Source: Takakia lepidozioides | Taxonomy: Eukaryota > Plantae > Bryophyta | Length of the DNA stretch: 64,000 bases | Assembly (NCBI GenBank): GCA_030704615.1 | Contig: CM060732.1 | Location: forward strand, 45,260,001 to 45,324,000 | Direction of reading: 5' to 3' | Part shown: piece by piece, positions 40,201 to 52,200 of the stretch | Layout of the letters: each line of letters begins with the position of its first letter | How positions within the stretch are numbered: position 1 is the first letter of the stretch | The notes under the pieces: generated by a model | Databases searched by the model: none | Told to the model about the DNA's origin: nothing | Seen by the model: only the letters and a program-made list of their open reading frames with translations | Translations under genes and position numbers: made by a program

Positions 40201-41790
40201 CAGGTGGGATGATACTGCAAAGGCGAGAAGAATGATTAAGGTCAGAGGGGTTAGAAAGCAGCCAGGTCGATGCTGCATTGGGGTTGGCAACAGGGTGCAC
40301 ACCTTGCTGTAGATAACAAATTGCAATTAAGGAAATCCATGCTGAGCTGAGAAGATTGTCTCGGCAGATGAAAGGAGGCGGGGTGTGTGTCTGATACACG
40401 CTTTGTATTGCATGATGTGGGGGAGGAGGAAAAGGAATTTTCTCTTTGCCACCACAGTGAGAGGCTGGCCATTGGTTTTGGGCTGATCAGGTTTGTGTGC
40501 GGTTGCAGTGCGTGTCCAAGCCTGGCAGCCCTGGAAAAGGGCAAAGAGGCCCATGGCAACATTGTCAGAGCTGATGTGGTGTCGTAGAACTCGATGCTTG
40601 CAGGGTATGCACAGCAGGGGCACTGGATGGAGGCTTTGGCTCCAGATGTTGTGCTTGGCACACTATGTAAACCCACTATGTAAGACCAGGGAGTAGTTGA
40701 GCAGATCAGTCTCAACCCCTAGTGCCAACAAATGATGTGGATTCACGCCAAAAAGGTCTGGAAACTGGAAAGCAGGTACACACTCACAAGCATCGCAGGG
40801 TATGCAGAGCAGGGCGTGGGATGGTGGATTTGGAGACCTATGATCAAATGATGGGGGAAGGGGTGAAGCCCCAACCACATCACGTTTTTGTGTGATTGCA
40901 ATGCTTATGCAAGCCTGGCAAGCCCTGGAAAAGGTCAAAGAGGTCTATGTTGACATTGTCAAAGCTGGAATTGTACCAGATGTCATTCTGAACTCTGCCC
41001 TGGTGGACATGTTTGCCCAATGTGGGTGCATTGAGGATGCAAAGTAAGGAACTTATGTGTACTCTGTTTATATACTGGGTTGGCAGGGAGGCTTTGGAGA
41101 TTGTGAATGGGTGATGCTTGCAGGGTATGCACAGCAGGGACATGGTATGGAGGCTTTGGAGACCTATGATCAAATATTGATGGGGGAAGGGGTGAAGCCC
41201 AACCACATCACGTTGCAGCATACTGGTACTTCACAGCCATGGCGGCTCTCTTAGCCCCTCCATTTTTTTTTCTTTTGGTTTTTTTGGCGCTGGGAGAGAG
41301 CAGCAGCTCTGCTGTCTCCTTCCCCTTGCTTATGTCGATTGTTAAAGGGGAAATTGTCATTCTGAACTCTGCCTTGGTGGACATGTATGCCAAATGTGGG
41401 TGCAGCAAGCCCATAAGAGCAAATGATGTGGGAAGGGCTGAAGCCAGACCAGGCCGTCATATTCATTTGTTTTTGTAATATGCATATGCGAGCCTAGCAG
41501 CCCTGGGAAGGGGCAAAGAGGTTTATGGTGACATTATCCAAGCTGGAATTGTACCAGATGTCATTCTGAACAATCCCCTGGTGTACATCTACGTCAAATG
41601 TGAGCCTGGCAGCCATCAAAAGGGCACAAAGGTCCATGATGACATCGTCAAAGCTGGAGTTGTCACTCTAAACACTGCCTTGGTGGATATGTATTTCAAG
41701 GCAGCCATGGAAGTGGATGTCACTAAGGGTGACAAGGTAGCTGGCACCACCATTCTCTGGAACTACCTGAATTTATTCTCAAAATGATTT
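37215..41790 (+). pseudogene. Captured, rearranged gene: OSB-type PDF motifs plus PLS-class PPR, E domain and partial DYW
   Basis: PDF motif halves at 37615-37665, 37855-37950, 38553-38597 and 38794-38890. PPR motifs ([35 protein letters not shown]), E region (HFGCMVDLLGRAGQL..WKAVLGACRIHG), a PG box, and DYW start [29 protein letters not shown]. Many frameshifts and shuffled PPR pieces after 40490. Confidence 0.9.
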
Positions 41791-44700
41791 CTAATGTTCT
41801 CTTGACATGTCCACGATAGTGCTGGACCTAGCTGCACAGCAGATTATCCTTACTCAATGACTTCAGTTGGGCAGTGATCTATGGATATGGCAACATGGCC
41901 CTCATGTTGGTCATTTGTAGAATGCGGCCAAAACTTGTTTTGCAAATCACTCTTGATATAAAACCAGTTTTGAGCCATCCAATTTTTTTTTGGTTCCGAC
42001 CTGTATTTGTATTCTATGTTTTGTTGTATTTGTAATATATTTTCAATGCAGTGCAGCGAATCAAAAAATTAAATACAAGATGACAATAGGTTATCATCCA
42101 TGTTTGATTGTCATTGATATGTTGTCTAATAATTTTGATAATGGGATTGATTGATAACCCCCGGGTATGTAAAATCCTAAATAAATCTAGTATTGATCTC
42201 CGACGGGTATGTCCACAACCTCACACCGCCAATACCCGGAATCGGCAAGTATTCACTAATTCACATACGCACAGATATAAACTAAAAGTAAATAAAAAAA
42301 AACGAAATAACAGTAATAAACAAAAAAAAAACCAAATATTAAATAAAAAGCCTCACAATTCATACATATATGTATTATTATATTTATATGTATATATGTA
42401 TATACACCTCCAGAGTGAAACATATTTACTAAAATGTGTCCTCTTTTACTGCTTCACAGTAGAATATTACAATATACAAAGTCAAGCAAACTCACTATCA
42501 CTGATTTACATACTAAACATCATGGAACATAGTCAATATGTTCCACTTCAGTTAAACCACTTTACTACACGTCATGCATCCACGTCACTCTGCCCTTAAG
42601 CCACTCACTACACGTCATGCATCCACCTTATAATTCAGTTAAACCACTTTACTACACGTCATAGCCACGTCATAGCCACGTCGCATCCACGTCATATTGT
42701 GATGCCTACACGTCACCCCCTAGGTTTTACTGTCACATTTCACTGTTAGAACCTGGCATCTAGATTCGACCGCTTGACTAAAACGACTTGACATTTGTCA
42801 TGCATGTTCGACTATGGAGGCTGGGACTAAAAATGTCGCAAATGACTAAAAAATGAATCAAAATACAGAGTCGAAAAGCTCAGCTTGTATTGTAGTGTTG
42901 GCCGCCCGGAAGTATTGCTCTAGTTCCAAGAACCAGGTGTTGAGTGCCTTCCGCTTTCGGACGCCCTCCAAGGTGTCGGGTTCCTTAGGCTTCACCTTAA
43001 ACTTTGCCTTAGTGGAAGTGGCATTAGCCGCCTTCAACACGTCTTTCAACGTCCCGCCAAACTGCGCCAACAACCCTTCCCAAAAGGCTGCTGGCATGGG
43101 AGGCATCTGTTGGTCTGTCGGAGCTCTCAAGAATTCCTCGGGCTCCGACTCCTCAGATTCCTCCCGTTCTTGAGCGGCCTCGTTTTCAAAAGCATGCATC
43201 GCTTCCTCAAATGGCCGCTTCGGTGACACGTCGCCCCCATCGGGCTCACTAGGATCATCATCTTTCGGGCCGTTCCGCTTTTGCTTTGGCTTGCCCGACC
43301 CCATCCCAAGGACGATCGCGTACTGAACTCTAAGCTTTGATACCAAGTGTCGCGCACCTCACTTCGGTAAGCTCCTTTTCAAGTCATAGTTACTCGTTTT
43401 GATGCGCACACCTAACTCCCAATCTGGCCGTCGGGCCTTCTTGGAGCTTCGGCTGCTCACCGGAACATAACGGTCTCCCTTTACTCTTCCAAAAGACCCT
43501 CCACCAATTTGGGCCTAGTGGAAATTCCCTTTGGTAGATGGCAGTCCGGAATAGCTCCCCACTCCTTGGTCGTTTTTCGGCTCGCTTGCTTACTCACTAG
43601 TTTTTGGTCACCAACAGGCTTGCACCGTTCTCGGGGTTACTACTCCCTATATATACTTCTGAGACTGTCCGCGGGGTTTTCACAAACAACCATGTCATTT
43701 TATGACGAACCGCCACAAAGACCCTCAACTCCCGGTGATGAGTCGCGGTGAGTCTTGGCCCACCCACCACGGCCCCATTGGACCGTGATGAGTCCCAAGA
43801 CTCCCCACGACTCCCACCACAAGGTCTCCGCCCCATGGTGAGTCCTATGCCACCCCCACTAAGTCCCACTAAGCTACCACCACCCCTTGTGGAGCCACCC
43901 CCACCGCAACCTGGTGTGCGGGGCTCCACCTAGTGAGCGCCTCCGCCTCCTTGAGTGCCTTGGGCACTCAAGGGTGCTTCAGCCCCCCGTACCTATCGTT
44001 GCCACTGCCCCCACCACAGGGGCAACCCCTCCTACGTCCCGACCCCCTGCCGTCAAGGCAAAGGGCCGCGACAGATGTACTCGACGGCCACTAGAAGAAA
44101 AATGTGGAATAACCACTCTGTTAACCACTCATTTTGAGTGGTAAAAGACACTAAACCACTCTGGCCTCAGAATGATGAAGAACCAGTGCATTAGGACAAG
44201 TGAGTGGTAAAAGATATTACGTGGCACCGGTGGTTAATGACAATGGTTCGAACCTCTCACGTCCGGGTCCATCTGTTAGCTGACGTGTCACAGTGGTAAA
44301 TTAACCACTGTGACATGTCACTGAGGTAAACCAACCACTTATGACGTGTCACAGTGGTAAACTGACGTGTCATAGTGGTAAAGTAACCACTTCCGTTTTG
44401 TAGTGGAGAAGTGTAAGCCGGTGGTCCGTGGATGATATTGGAGATTATGTCGACACGTGGCGACACTCTCAGCATAGACACGTGTCGTGTGTCAGTGCTA
44501 CGAAATGGATGGAGTGAAAAATTCAATGACTTCCAAAACCACTTGTTGAGTGACCACAAAATGACTCATAGAGTCATTCTATGAAAACTGAGAATATACA
44601 ATATCACTCACAGAGTGGTTATGTGAGTGGATGACGTCTCTCAGCAAGGTCATTGGAATGATTACCCTTAGAATGCTGTATAAGCTATTTGAGTCATTCA

Positions 44701-47054
44701 TGGTGTCTCTCTGAGTGGGAACTATGGATTGGAGTCATTACTAACAGAGTGGTGTGTAAGTGATTAGGAATACCACTGGAGGAATTCATACCACTAGTAC
44801 AGTAATATATATGTGACTACTTATACCACTATACAAGTGGTAATGTAGGCAATTGTGTGCATTTGGCTACTCCCACAGTTTTAGATTATACCACTATTAC
44901 AGTGATGTGCAAGTGATTATGAACATGACTAGAGGAACACATACCACTATTGTAGTGAAAGAAGTACCATTGGGGATTCAAGCTCCACAAAATAAAATAA
45001 AATCCCAGAGAGTAAGTGCTGGAACACTGTCAACAAAATCCACCCATGATAAAAGTCTAAGCTTAACTTCTACACGGCGTCTCCGCATGCATGCTAGGAA
45101 CATTGAACTGCTTTCCTGCCTTCTTCTCATTGCCAGCAATGTCTACGCCCGGGCGAACGAAATTGTAAGCCCTCTTCATGTTCTTCTTTGGCCAGGGCTG
45201 CTAGGCTCACATTTGATGTAGATGTACACCAGGGGAATGTTCAGAATGACATCTGGTACAATTTCAGCTTTGATAATGTCACCATGAACCTCTTTGCCCC
45301 TTCCCAGGGCTGCTAGGCTCCCATATGCATATTACAAACACAAATGAACATGACCTGGTCTTGCTTCATCCCATCCCACATCATTTGCTCCTAGGTTTCC
45401 AAAGTCTTAATCCTATACCCATGCTTCACATACCTTGCAATCATGGCACTCCAAAAGACCACATCTCGTTCAGCCACCTCTCTTGATCCACTTTCAGAAG
45501 CTGTGGTCATGGTTGAGGTGCCTGATTTTATCAACTGTGCCGCTACAGCTGCTACCTTTAGTTGACCATCTACCCATGCAGTAGGTTTCTTGTAGCTATT
45601 GATCCACATGGAATCATAGGCAATCTGGAGCTTGAAGTTCGGCCCTCTTGGATGAATCTGGACCCAGACTCTATCCCTGCTCCTTCAGCTATACATGGCG
45701 CTGCACAAATCATGCATACAACCTTGCCTTGTTGCTAGCACTTGACAATGACAGCCTAGATTTGTTCTAGGAAACACCCAACTCAACTTATCACTATGGT
45801 CAATTGCATCTGCTACTCTCTGTAATCCAACAGGCATTCACCTTTTTGCCTCAATTGTCCCACCATTGACTGGGGTCAGAAAAGTATTCATTCCACAGCT
45901 TCTCCTCGTCTCAACTGTTACCTGTTTAGAACTGGATACTTCCCTGTTGTCACATTGGCAGTACCATGTCAAAGTCACTCCAAACTATCAAAAGTTCACT
46001 CAACCAACTAATTTGCAAAATTCAACATGAAAATTTAGGGCCAATTCTGATAAGAGGGAAAAACAGGATGAAAACGTGTTGAAGAAGGTGCCTTCATTAG
46101 CAGTGCCTGATTTTATCAATTGTGCCGCTGCTGTTGCGGCTTCCAGTTGACCATCTACCCATGCAGGTTTCTTGCAACTATTGATCCACAGGGAATTATA
46201 GGTAATCGTGAGCTTGAAGTCCCGCCCTCTTGGATGAATCTGGACCGGCCAGACTCTATCCCTGCTCCCTCAGCTATCCAAGCTCTGCACAAATCATGCA
46301 TACATCCTTCCCTTGCTGCTAGCGGCTGACAATGACAGCCTACAATTGTTCCAGCAAACACCCAACCCTACTTATCACCCATGCAGAATTCAACATGCAT
46401 CTCAGGGCCAAGTCTGATGAGAGGGCAAAACAGGCTGAAACGTGCCCTCACCACATTGTCCTTGACCCATGGAGGATTTGACCGACCATCAACCCAAAAT
46501 GACCTCTTGTGCGTGTTGTTTGTCTGTAGTAAGGTAATGTCGGATTGGTCTATGAGAACCACCACGGCCAGCTGAGCAGGGAGAGATTGAAACACGGCTT
46601 GCTAAGACCTGCAAGCTGACTCTCCCAATAACCTTGTAAACATTAGGAAGAATACCAAATCATGGTACTCACAGGTACAAAGAGGCCACCTTTGCAGGAT
46701 GGACGAACTTCTTCACATCGTACATTAAGAAAAGCCACACCTGGTGATTGCGGTTGTCCCACCATCGTGAAGGATCGGTATAAAACTCATGCAACCTCAC
46801 ATCACAAATGAGCTAATTTGCAGAATTCTACATGAAAATTTAGGGACTACTCTGGTAACAGGGAAAAACAGGGTGAAATGTGTTGAAGAATACACCTTCA
46901 TGCCGCACGTTCAGCCATCTCCACATTGCCATGGATTCTGCAGGCACCAAGCAAGGCCTTCATTTTGCAAACATGTCGACCTCTTTCCCCTTTTCCAGAG
47001 CTGTCAGGTAGTGTTCAGAATGACATTAGGTACAATTCCAGCTTTGAACAAGGC

Positions 47055-47610
47055 ACGGCTTGTTAAGACCAAGCTAACTCTCTCTCTTGCACCAACGAGC
47101 TAACTTACAGATTTCAATATGCATATCAGGCCCGAGTCTGAAAAGAGGGCAAAACAGGCTGAAATAGGTTGAAGAAGAAGGTGCCCTCATGGCCTACTAA
47201 GACCAACCTGACTCTCTCTCTAGCACCAACAAGCTAACTTACAGAATTCAATATGCATATCAGGCCCGAGTCTGATAAGAGGGCAAAACAGGCTGAAATA
47301 GGTTGAAGAAGAAGGTGCCCTCACGGCCTGCTAAGACCAACCTGACTCTCTCTCTTGCACCAATGAGCTAACTTAACAGAATTCAATATGCATATTAGGC
47401 CTGACTTTGATAAGAGGGCAAAACAGGCTGAAATAGGTTGAAGAAGAAGGTGCCCTCACGGCCTGCTAAGACCAAGCTGACTCTCTCTCTTGCACCAATG
47501 ATCTAACTTACAGAATTCAATATGCATATCAGGCCCGAGTCTAATAAGAGGGCAAAACAGGCTGAAATAGGTTGAATCAGGAAATGAATCAGCGGGCTGC
47601 TAAGACCAAG
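47055..47610. repeat. Tandem array, about 134-bp unit x4
   Basis: Units start near 47055, 47189, 47323, 47458 and (partial) 47592: acggcctgctaagaccaagctgactctctc...gaaataggttgaagaagaaggtgccctc. Built from donor-gene intron and linker pieces. Confidence 0.92.
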
Positions 47611-47728
47611 CTGATTCTCCCAAGAACCTTGTAAACATCAGGAAGAATACCGTACTAACAGGAGCCAAAAGCCCACATTTGCAGGATGGACAAACTTCTT
47701 CACATCCTACATTAAGGAAAAGCCACAC

Positions 47729-48882
47729 TGTAGTGTGAAAAAGAAGGGGCATGAAACCCTTCTGGTAAACTATAGTTAATTGTTTCTTGAGCAGTGATCC
47801 ATGGCCCTGTCCTATGACATCAACCTACTTGCTCTTTCTAAAATGACTCAGACCCTACTTAATTCATTCTAAATCTATTTATGACTAGAGACTTTATACC
47901 CTTATCCACACCGCAGCGGAAGAGAAGACATGGACAAGGCTGAGGTTATCTAAATTGTTATTGGGTCTCTTTAGTTAACAGATCATCATATATGCCAGGG
48001 TTATTCTTCCCTACAGATGTCATCATTGGAAAAATCACAGGGTGTACATTCTGATCCTTATACAGATTCAGATCCTATCCACAGTGTAAACATATCAGAG
48101 ATACCCCACTGGCCCATACTTGGACTAGGTAAGTGATGCAGAAATATGTGTGCCACTTACTCTACTGTAAACCAGAATGCAAAGGCCCTAGTTTCTACAC
48201 ATGAACTCTTCTTTTCCTTCTTTATTAATACTACAGCTATCTAAGAAACAGATCCCCTTTGGCATGACATTGCTACCCCTTCATATCATGCCCATGGATT
48301 GTACACTGATGCATGGTGTTTTGACATCATTCACATCTACTTAAATGAAAATGCAAAACCCTAGCTTCTCTATTTCAGATTTCTCTTCTCTTTCCCTTTG
48401 CATGAAGAGGGCATGATATCACAGAGCCCCCACTTTTAACTCCTCCTTAAAACTGCATTTTAACTATTTGAAAGACCCTTATGCCCCACTGATTGTAGAT
48501 CTCAGTCTATGAATGTTCCTAAGCTGATTGATACAAGCAGTAGGGAACAAATGCATGCCACCTGATATCTTCTTTCAGAAAAGCTATAGCCTATCCGTAT
48601 AGTAGGTACATTGCCCTCTTCATATGTCATTGGCATTCTTCCCCACTATCCTTCATTTGTGTCCTCCTTCCAACTAAGTTCAACAGATGGTCAACAATCC
48701 TTTCACCATCTCTTCACACAAGACATCCCCTACTTTAATGATTGTACCGCTGGCATGAGCAACATCTAAAGGCAGTACACCAGCAACACTTCACTAGCAG
48801 AGACACCCATTCCATAGCACTCAAGCACTTTCATGACCTCCTACTGTAATTCAGAATGTTGTTCCTTCTCCCATGAATATCA
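47729..48882. mobile_element. 1.15-kb insertion, possibly a solo LTR
   Basis: Interrupts the cargo motif aagccacac|cttgcgatcgcgg. Starts TG and ends CA; no clean TSD and non-coding. Confidence 0.45.
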
Positions 48883-48884
48883 AA

Positions 48885-49230
48885 CCTCGCGATCGCGGTT
48901 GTCCCACCATCGTGCATGCCTTCATGCCCCAATTCTAGGGGTTGAGTCCCTGTCTGCCCCCTATCCCACCAGCTCCGCTCGTCATTGTACATTGAGAAAA
49001 GCCACACCTTGCGATCGCGGTTGTCCCATCATCGTGCACGCCTTCATGCCCTGATTCTAGGTCTTGAGTCCCTGTCTGCCCCCTATCCCACCAGCTTCGC
49101 TCGTCATTGTACATTGAGAAAAAGCCACACCTTGCGATCGCGGTTGTCCCACCATCGTGCACACCTTTATGCCCCGATTCTAGGTCTTGAGTCCATGTCT
49201 GTCCCTCTCCCACCAGCTCCGCTCGTCGTC
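48885..49230. repeat. Tandem array, about 122-bp unit x3, containing the WWDNRDRK exon end
   Basis: gcgatcgcggttgtccca(c/t)catcgtgca recurs at about 48889, 49011 and 49134. Confidence 0.9.
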
Positions 49231-52200
49231 TCTCATGAACAGACTCGACACTATAAGAAAACAAACATAGCTCTGTCATGTTTGTCTTTCATGATTAAAC
49301 TCGACACAAAGAAAACAAACAGATGCCACAATGACAGGGAAGACAAAAAAAACGCTACGTCCCCTCACTCATGACTGGATGGATGAATGTAGCGATAGAT
49401 GGATGGATTTTGGGTTTTTCATCAACACACAAACCACTAAAGTTTTTCACCACAAAAGTAATACCAATCACTGTGTATGTAATCACTAACGCGTAACCAC
49501 TAGCCGAGTGGTTCCAGTTACTAAATGGTCTGTAACCACTCACTCTACACCACTCTCAAAGTGGTACCAATCAATGGGGGTCTTTAACCACTCCAGATCT
49601 ACGTATACTGTCCATGTCCACGTGGAATAATATAGTTCATAATTAAATATATTTTGAAATGATAAATCTTAAATAAAAATTGAATTATTACACATGGAGT
49701 AGCAAGTGGTTTCAATCACCTCCTATCACTCAGGTGTCTTCAACCACTCACAACCCACCACAAAAGTAGTACCAATCACTCACGTGTATGTAACCACTCA
49801 CAAGTGCGCACTTGAAGAGTGGTTCCAGTTACAAAAGGGTCTTAACCACTCACATTCCACCACTGTGCAAGTGGTACCAATCACTGGGGGGTCTTTAACC
49901 ACTCCAGAACTACGTATACTATCCTCGTCCACGTGGAATAATATATTTTGAAATGATAAAAATCTTAAAAAAAAATTATTACACGTGGAGTAGAAAGTGG
50001 TTTCAACCACTTCCCATCCCTGAGGTGTCTTTAACCACTCATAATTTATCATTGTACCCGTCCATGTCGGATATTATCATTATTAATATAAATATTTGAT
50101 CAAATATCGAATAATAAATATAAAATTAAATATTACACGTGGATTACTCAGTGGTTGAAACCACTTCCAACCACTCCATATGATGCCACCGTGGCATTTC
50201 ATCGGAATTAACCACTGACCAGTGGTTACCATTACTTGGAGTGATTTATAGAGTGATAAAAGACAAGAGTGGTTAAGGGGGCCAGTGGTTATTCCGCGTT
50301 TTTCTTCGAATGGGCGTCCTGGGCGTGCCGAGGGCGTCATGCGACGACCGACATCCCTCCCGGAATGACGCTAATTAGCATCGTGGGGGGTAGTAAACCC
50401 CCCGGGAACCCTGGCCGCGACCTGCGACCATTGACTCCGGTTTTGTCCAATGGCAGTTCATACAATGTTCTACATATATTAGCCAATGCATACTTGAACC
50501 TATGACCTCCACATTGCAACATTTCTAAGACACTACACACTAACCAACACATCTACGATACATCTATGTATCACAAAAGCGGTCTAAGTACATATATACA
50601 TAAAAAGATTTAGTTCTTGGAGACTACTACCACTATCTCAATCCTATTATTGTGTCATCGCAAATGGTGCAGTTTATAAGTACTCTGCAGAAGCTCTCAC
50701 AACTGCACCGAGACTTGTCCCCATAGTTCTTCAAGGACAAATATCTATCAAGGGAATTTTACGAAACTACATTGCAACTTATTGCTGGACAATGGATGTA
50801 GTCTAAGGATTCTAAGCCCATTATGCTCTACAATCTACTCCCAGAACCAATCTGTTGCGACGTCCCCGGGATGATGCGACGCTGGGGGGTCGCAATGGGG
50901 CGTCGCAGCCCAAGTGCGTGGGGTCACAGTGCGGCAGCCCCAGCGACGCCGGAAGGGTCCCACAATTTTTTTTTTTATTTTTTTTTATTCCCGGGCATTG
51001 CGACCCTAGCGTCGCTAGGGCTGCCGCGAGTGCGACACCAGGCGTTGGGACTGTGACGCCCCGTTGCGACCCCCCGGCGTCGCAACAAATTGGTAGTGGC
51101 GGGGGAATGAGGCCAGGCCCTTTTCCGGCGATGGCGTGGCATCGCAAGATACCACATCGTCGCCCAAGCGCCGGCGTTGCGACGCCCTGACGTCGCAAGC
51201 CAGGGCGGAGTCCCAGCGCGACACTAGAGTTGTAGCGGGGCGACACGTCTGGCGCGGGGGTGGCTATGGGCGTTGCTAACCCCCCTAAATGTAGTAGTGA
51301 CACAATGTTGCGGCCCTTTGCCTTGAGGGCATGGGGTCGGGACGCAGAGGGGCTGCCCCTGTGGTGGGGGCGGTGGCAGCAATAGGTACGGGGGGGCTAA
51401 AGCACCCTTGAGTGCCCAAGCACTCAAGGAGGCGGAGGCACTCACTAGGTGGAGCCCCGCACACCGGGTTGCGGTGGGGGTGGCTCCACAAGGGGTGGTG
51501 ATAGCTTTAGTGGGACTTAGTGGGGGTGGCATAGGACTCACCATGGAGTGGAGACCTTGTGGTGGGAGTCGTGGGGAGTCTTGGGACTCACCACGGTCCA
51601 ATGGGGCCGTGGTGGGTGGGCCAAAGACTCACCGCGACTCATCACTGGGAATCGAGGGTCTTTGTGGTGGTTCGCCATAAAAGGATGGTGTTGTTTGTGG
51701 AACCCCCGCGGACACTCACAAAAGTATATATAGGGAGTAGTAACCCCGAGAACAGTGCAAGCCCGTTGGTGACCAAAAACTAGTGAGTAAGCAAGCGAGC
51801 CGGAAAGTGACCAAGGAGTGGAGAGCTATTCCGGATTGCCATCTACCAAAGGGAATTTCCACTAGGCCCAAATCGGTGGAGGGTCTGTTGGGGGGAGAAA
51901 AGGGGACCGTTATGTCCCGGTGAGCAGCCGAAGCTCCGAGTTGGCCCGGTGGCCAGGTTGGGAGTTAGGCGTGCGCATCAAAGCGAGTAACTATGACGTG
52001 AAGGGGAGCTTACCGAAGTGAGGTGCGCGACACTTGGTATCAGAGCTTAGAGTTCAGTACGCGATCGTCCTTGGGATCGGCCTCATCATGGGGTCGGGCA
52101 AGCCAAAGCGAAAGCGGAACGGCCCGAAAGATGATGATCCCGGTGAGCCCGATGGGGGCGACATGTAACCAAAGCGGCCATTTGAGGAAGCGATGCATGC

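Larger units (their letters stand above)
36465..42897. mobile_element. Pack-type CACTA element inserted in the chromovirus gag
   Basis: TIRs cactacaacaca / tgtattgtagtg and 3-bp TSD ttg. Removal restores gag sequence matching 52480-52505. Subterminal repeats present; no transposase. Confidence 0.95.
30780..44073 (-). mobile_element. Full-length but defective Ty3/gypsy chromovirus LTR retrotransposon; LTRs 43348-44073 (5') and 30780-31505 (3'), 726 bp each
   Basis: TG...CA LTRs and a 5-bp TSD gacgt/gatgt. tRNA-iMet PBS at 43345-43334; PPT at 31517-31506. Order is gag (CFNCRGSGHM), protease (LLMDTRASHSF), RT (VYIDDIL), RNase H, integrase, chromodomain (EYEVEAVL..YLVKWKGY). Many frameshifts. 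Confidence 0.97.
45190..49230 (-). pseudogene. Second scrambled copy of the PDF-PPR donor gene, inverted relative to 37215-41790
   Basis: 45193-45390 matches the reverse complement of about 41415-41615, and 45478-45890 matches that of about 38550-38970. HEFYTDPSRWWDNRNHQ at 46791-46741. ORF 45391-45609 joins the PDF end to a PPR motif. Confidence 0.88.
44089..50312. mobile_element. Second Pack-type CACTA element (different TIR family)
   Basis: TIRs cactagaagaaaaatgtggaataaccact / agtggttattccgcgtttttcttcgaatg and 3-bp TSD ggc. Dense AACCACT/AGTGGT subterminal repeats at both ends. Confidence 0.92.
30706..51299. mobile_element. Outer non-autonomous CACTA element (about 1.1 kb of its own sequence) hosting nested insertions
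   Basis: TIRs cactactgcatttgggggg and cccccctaaatgtagtagtg; flanks act/aca. GCGAC/GTCGC subterminal repeats at 30735-30774 and 50855-51250. Its own sequence continues at 44079-44088 and 50316-51299. Confidence 0.8.

Noticed and set aside
39824-40312. 162-aa PPR/E ORF as a functional gene
   Set aside because: It is a fragment with internal deletions inside a frameshifted cargo, and the DYW domain lacks its CxxC half.
42108-42599. 163-aa ORF
   Set aside because: AT-rich, low-complexity CACTA interior with no coding signature.
47055-47610. CRISPR-like repeat-spacer array
   Set aside because: Units are near-identical along their whole length with no unique spacers; the context is eukaryotic and there are no cas genes.
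50821-51303. Overlapping GC-rich ORFs
   Set aside because: Products of CACTA subterminal GCGAC repeats.
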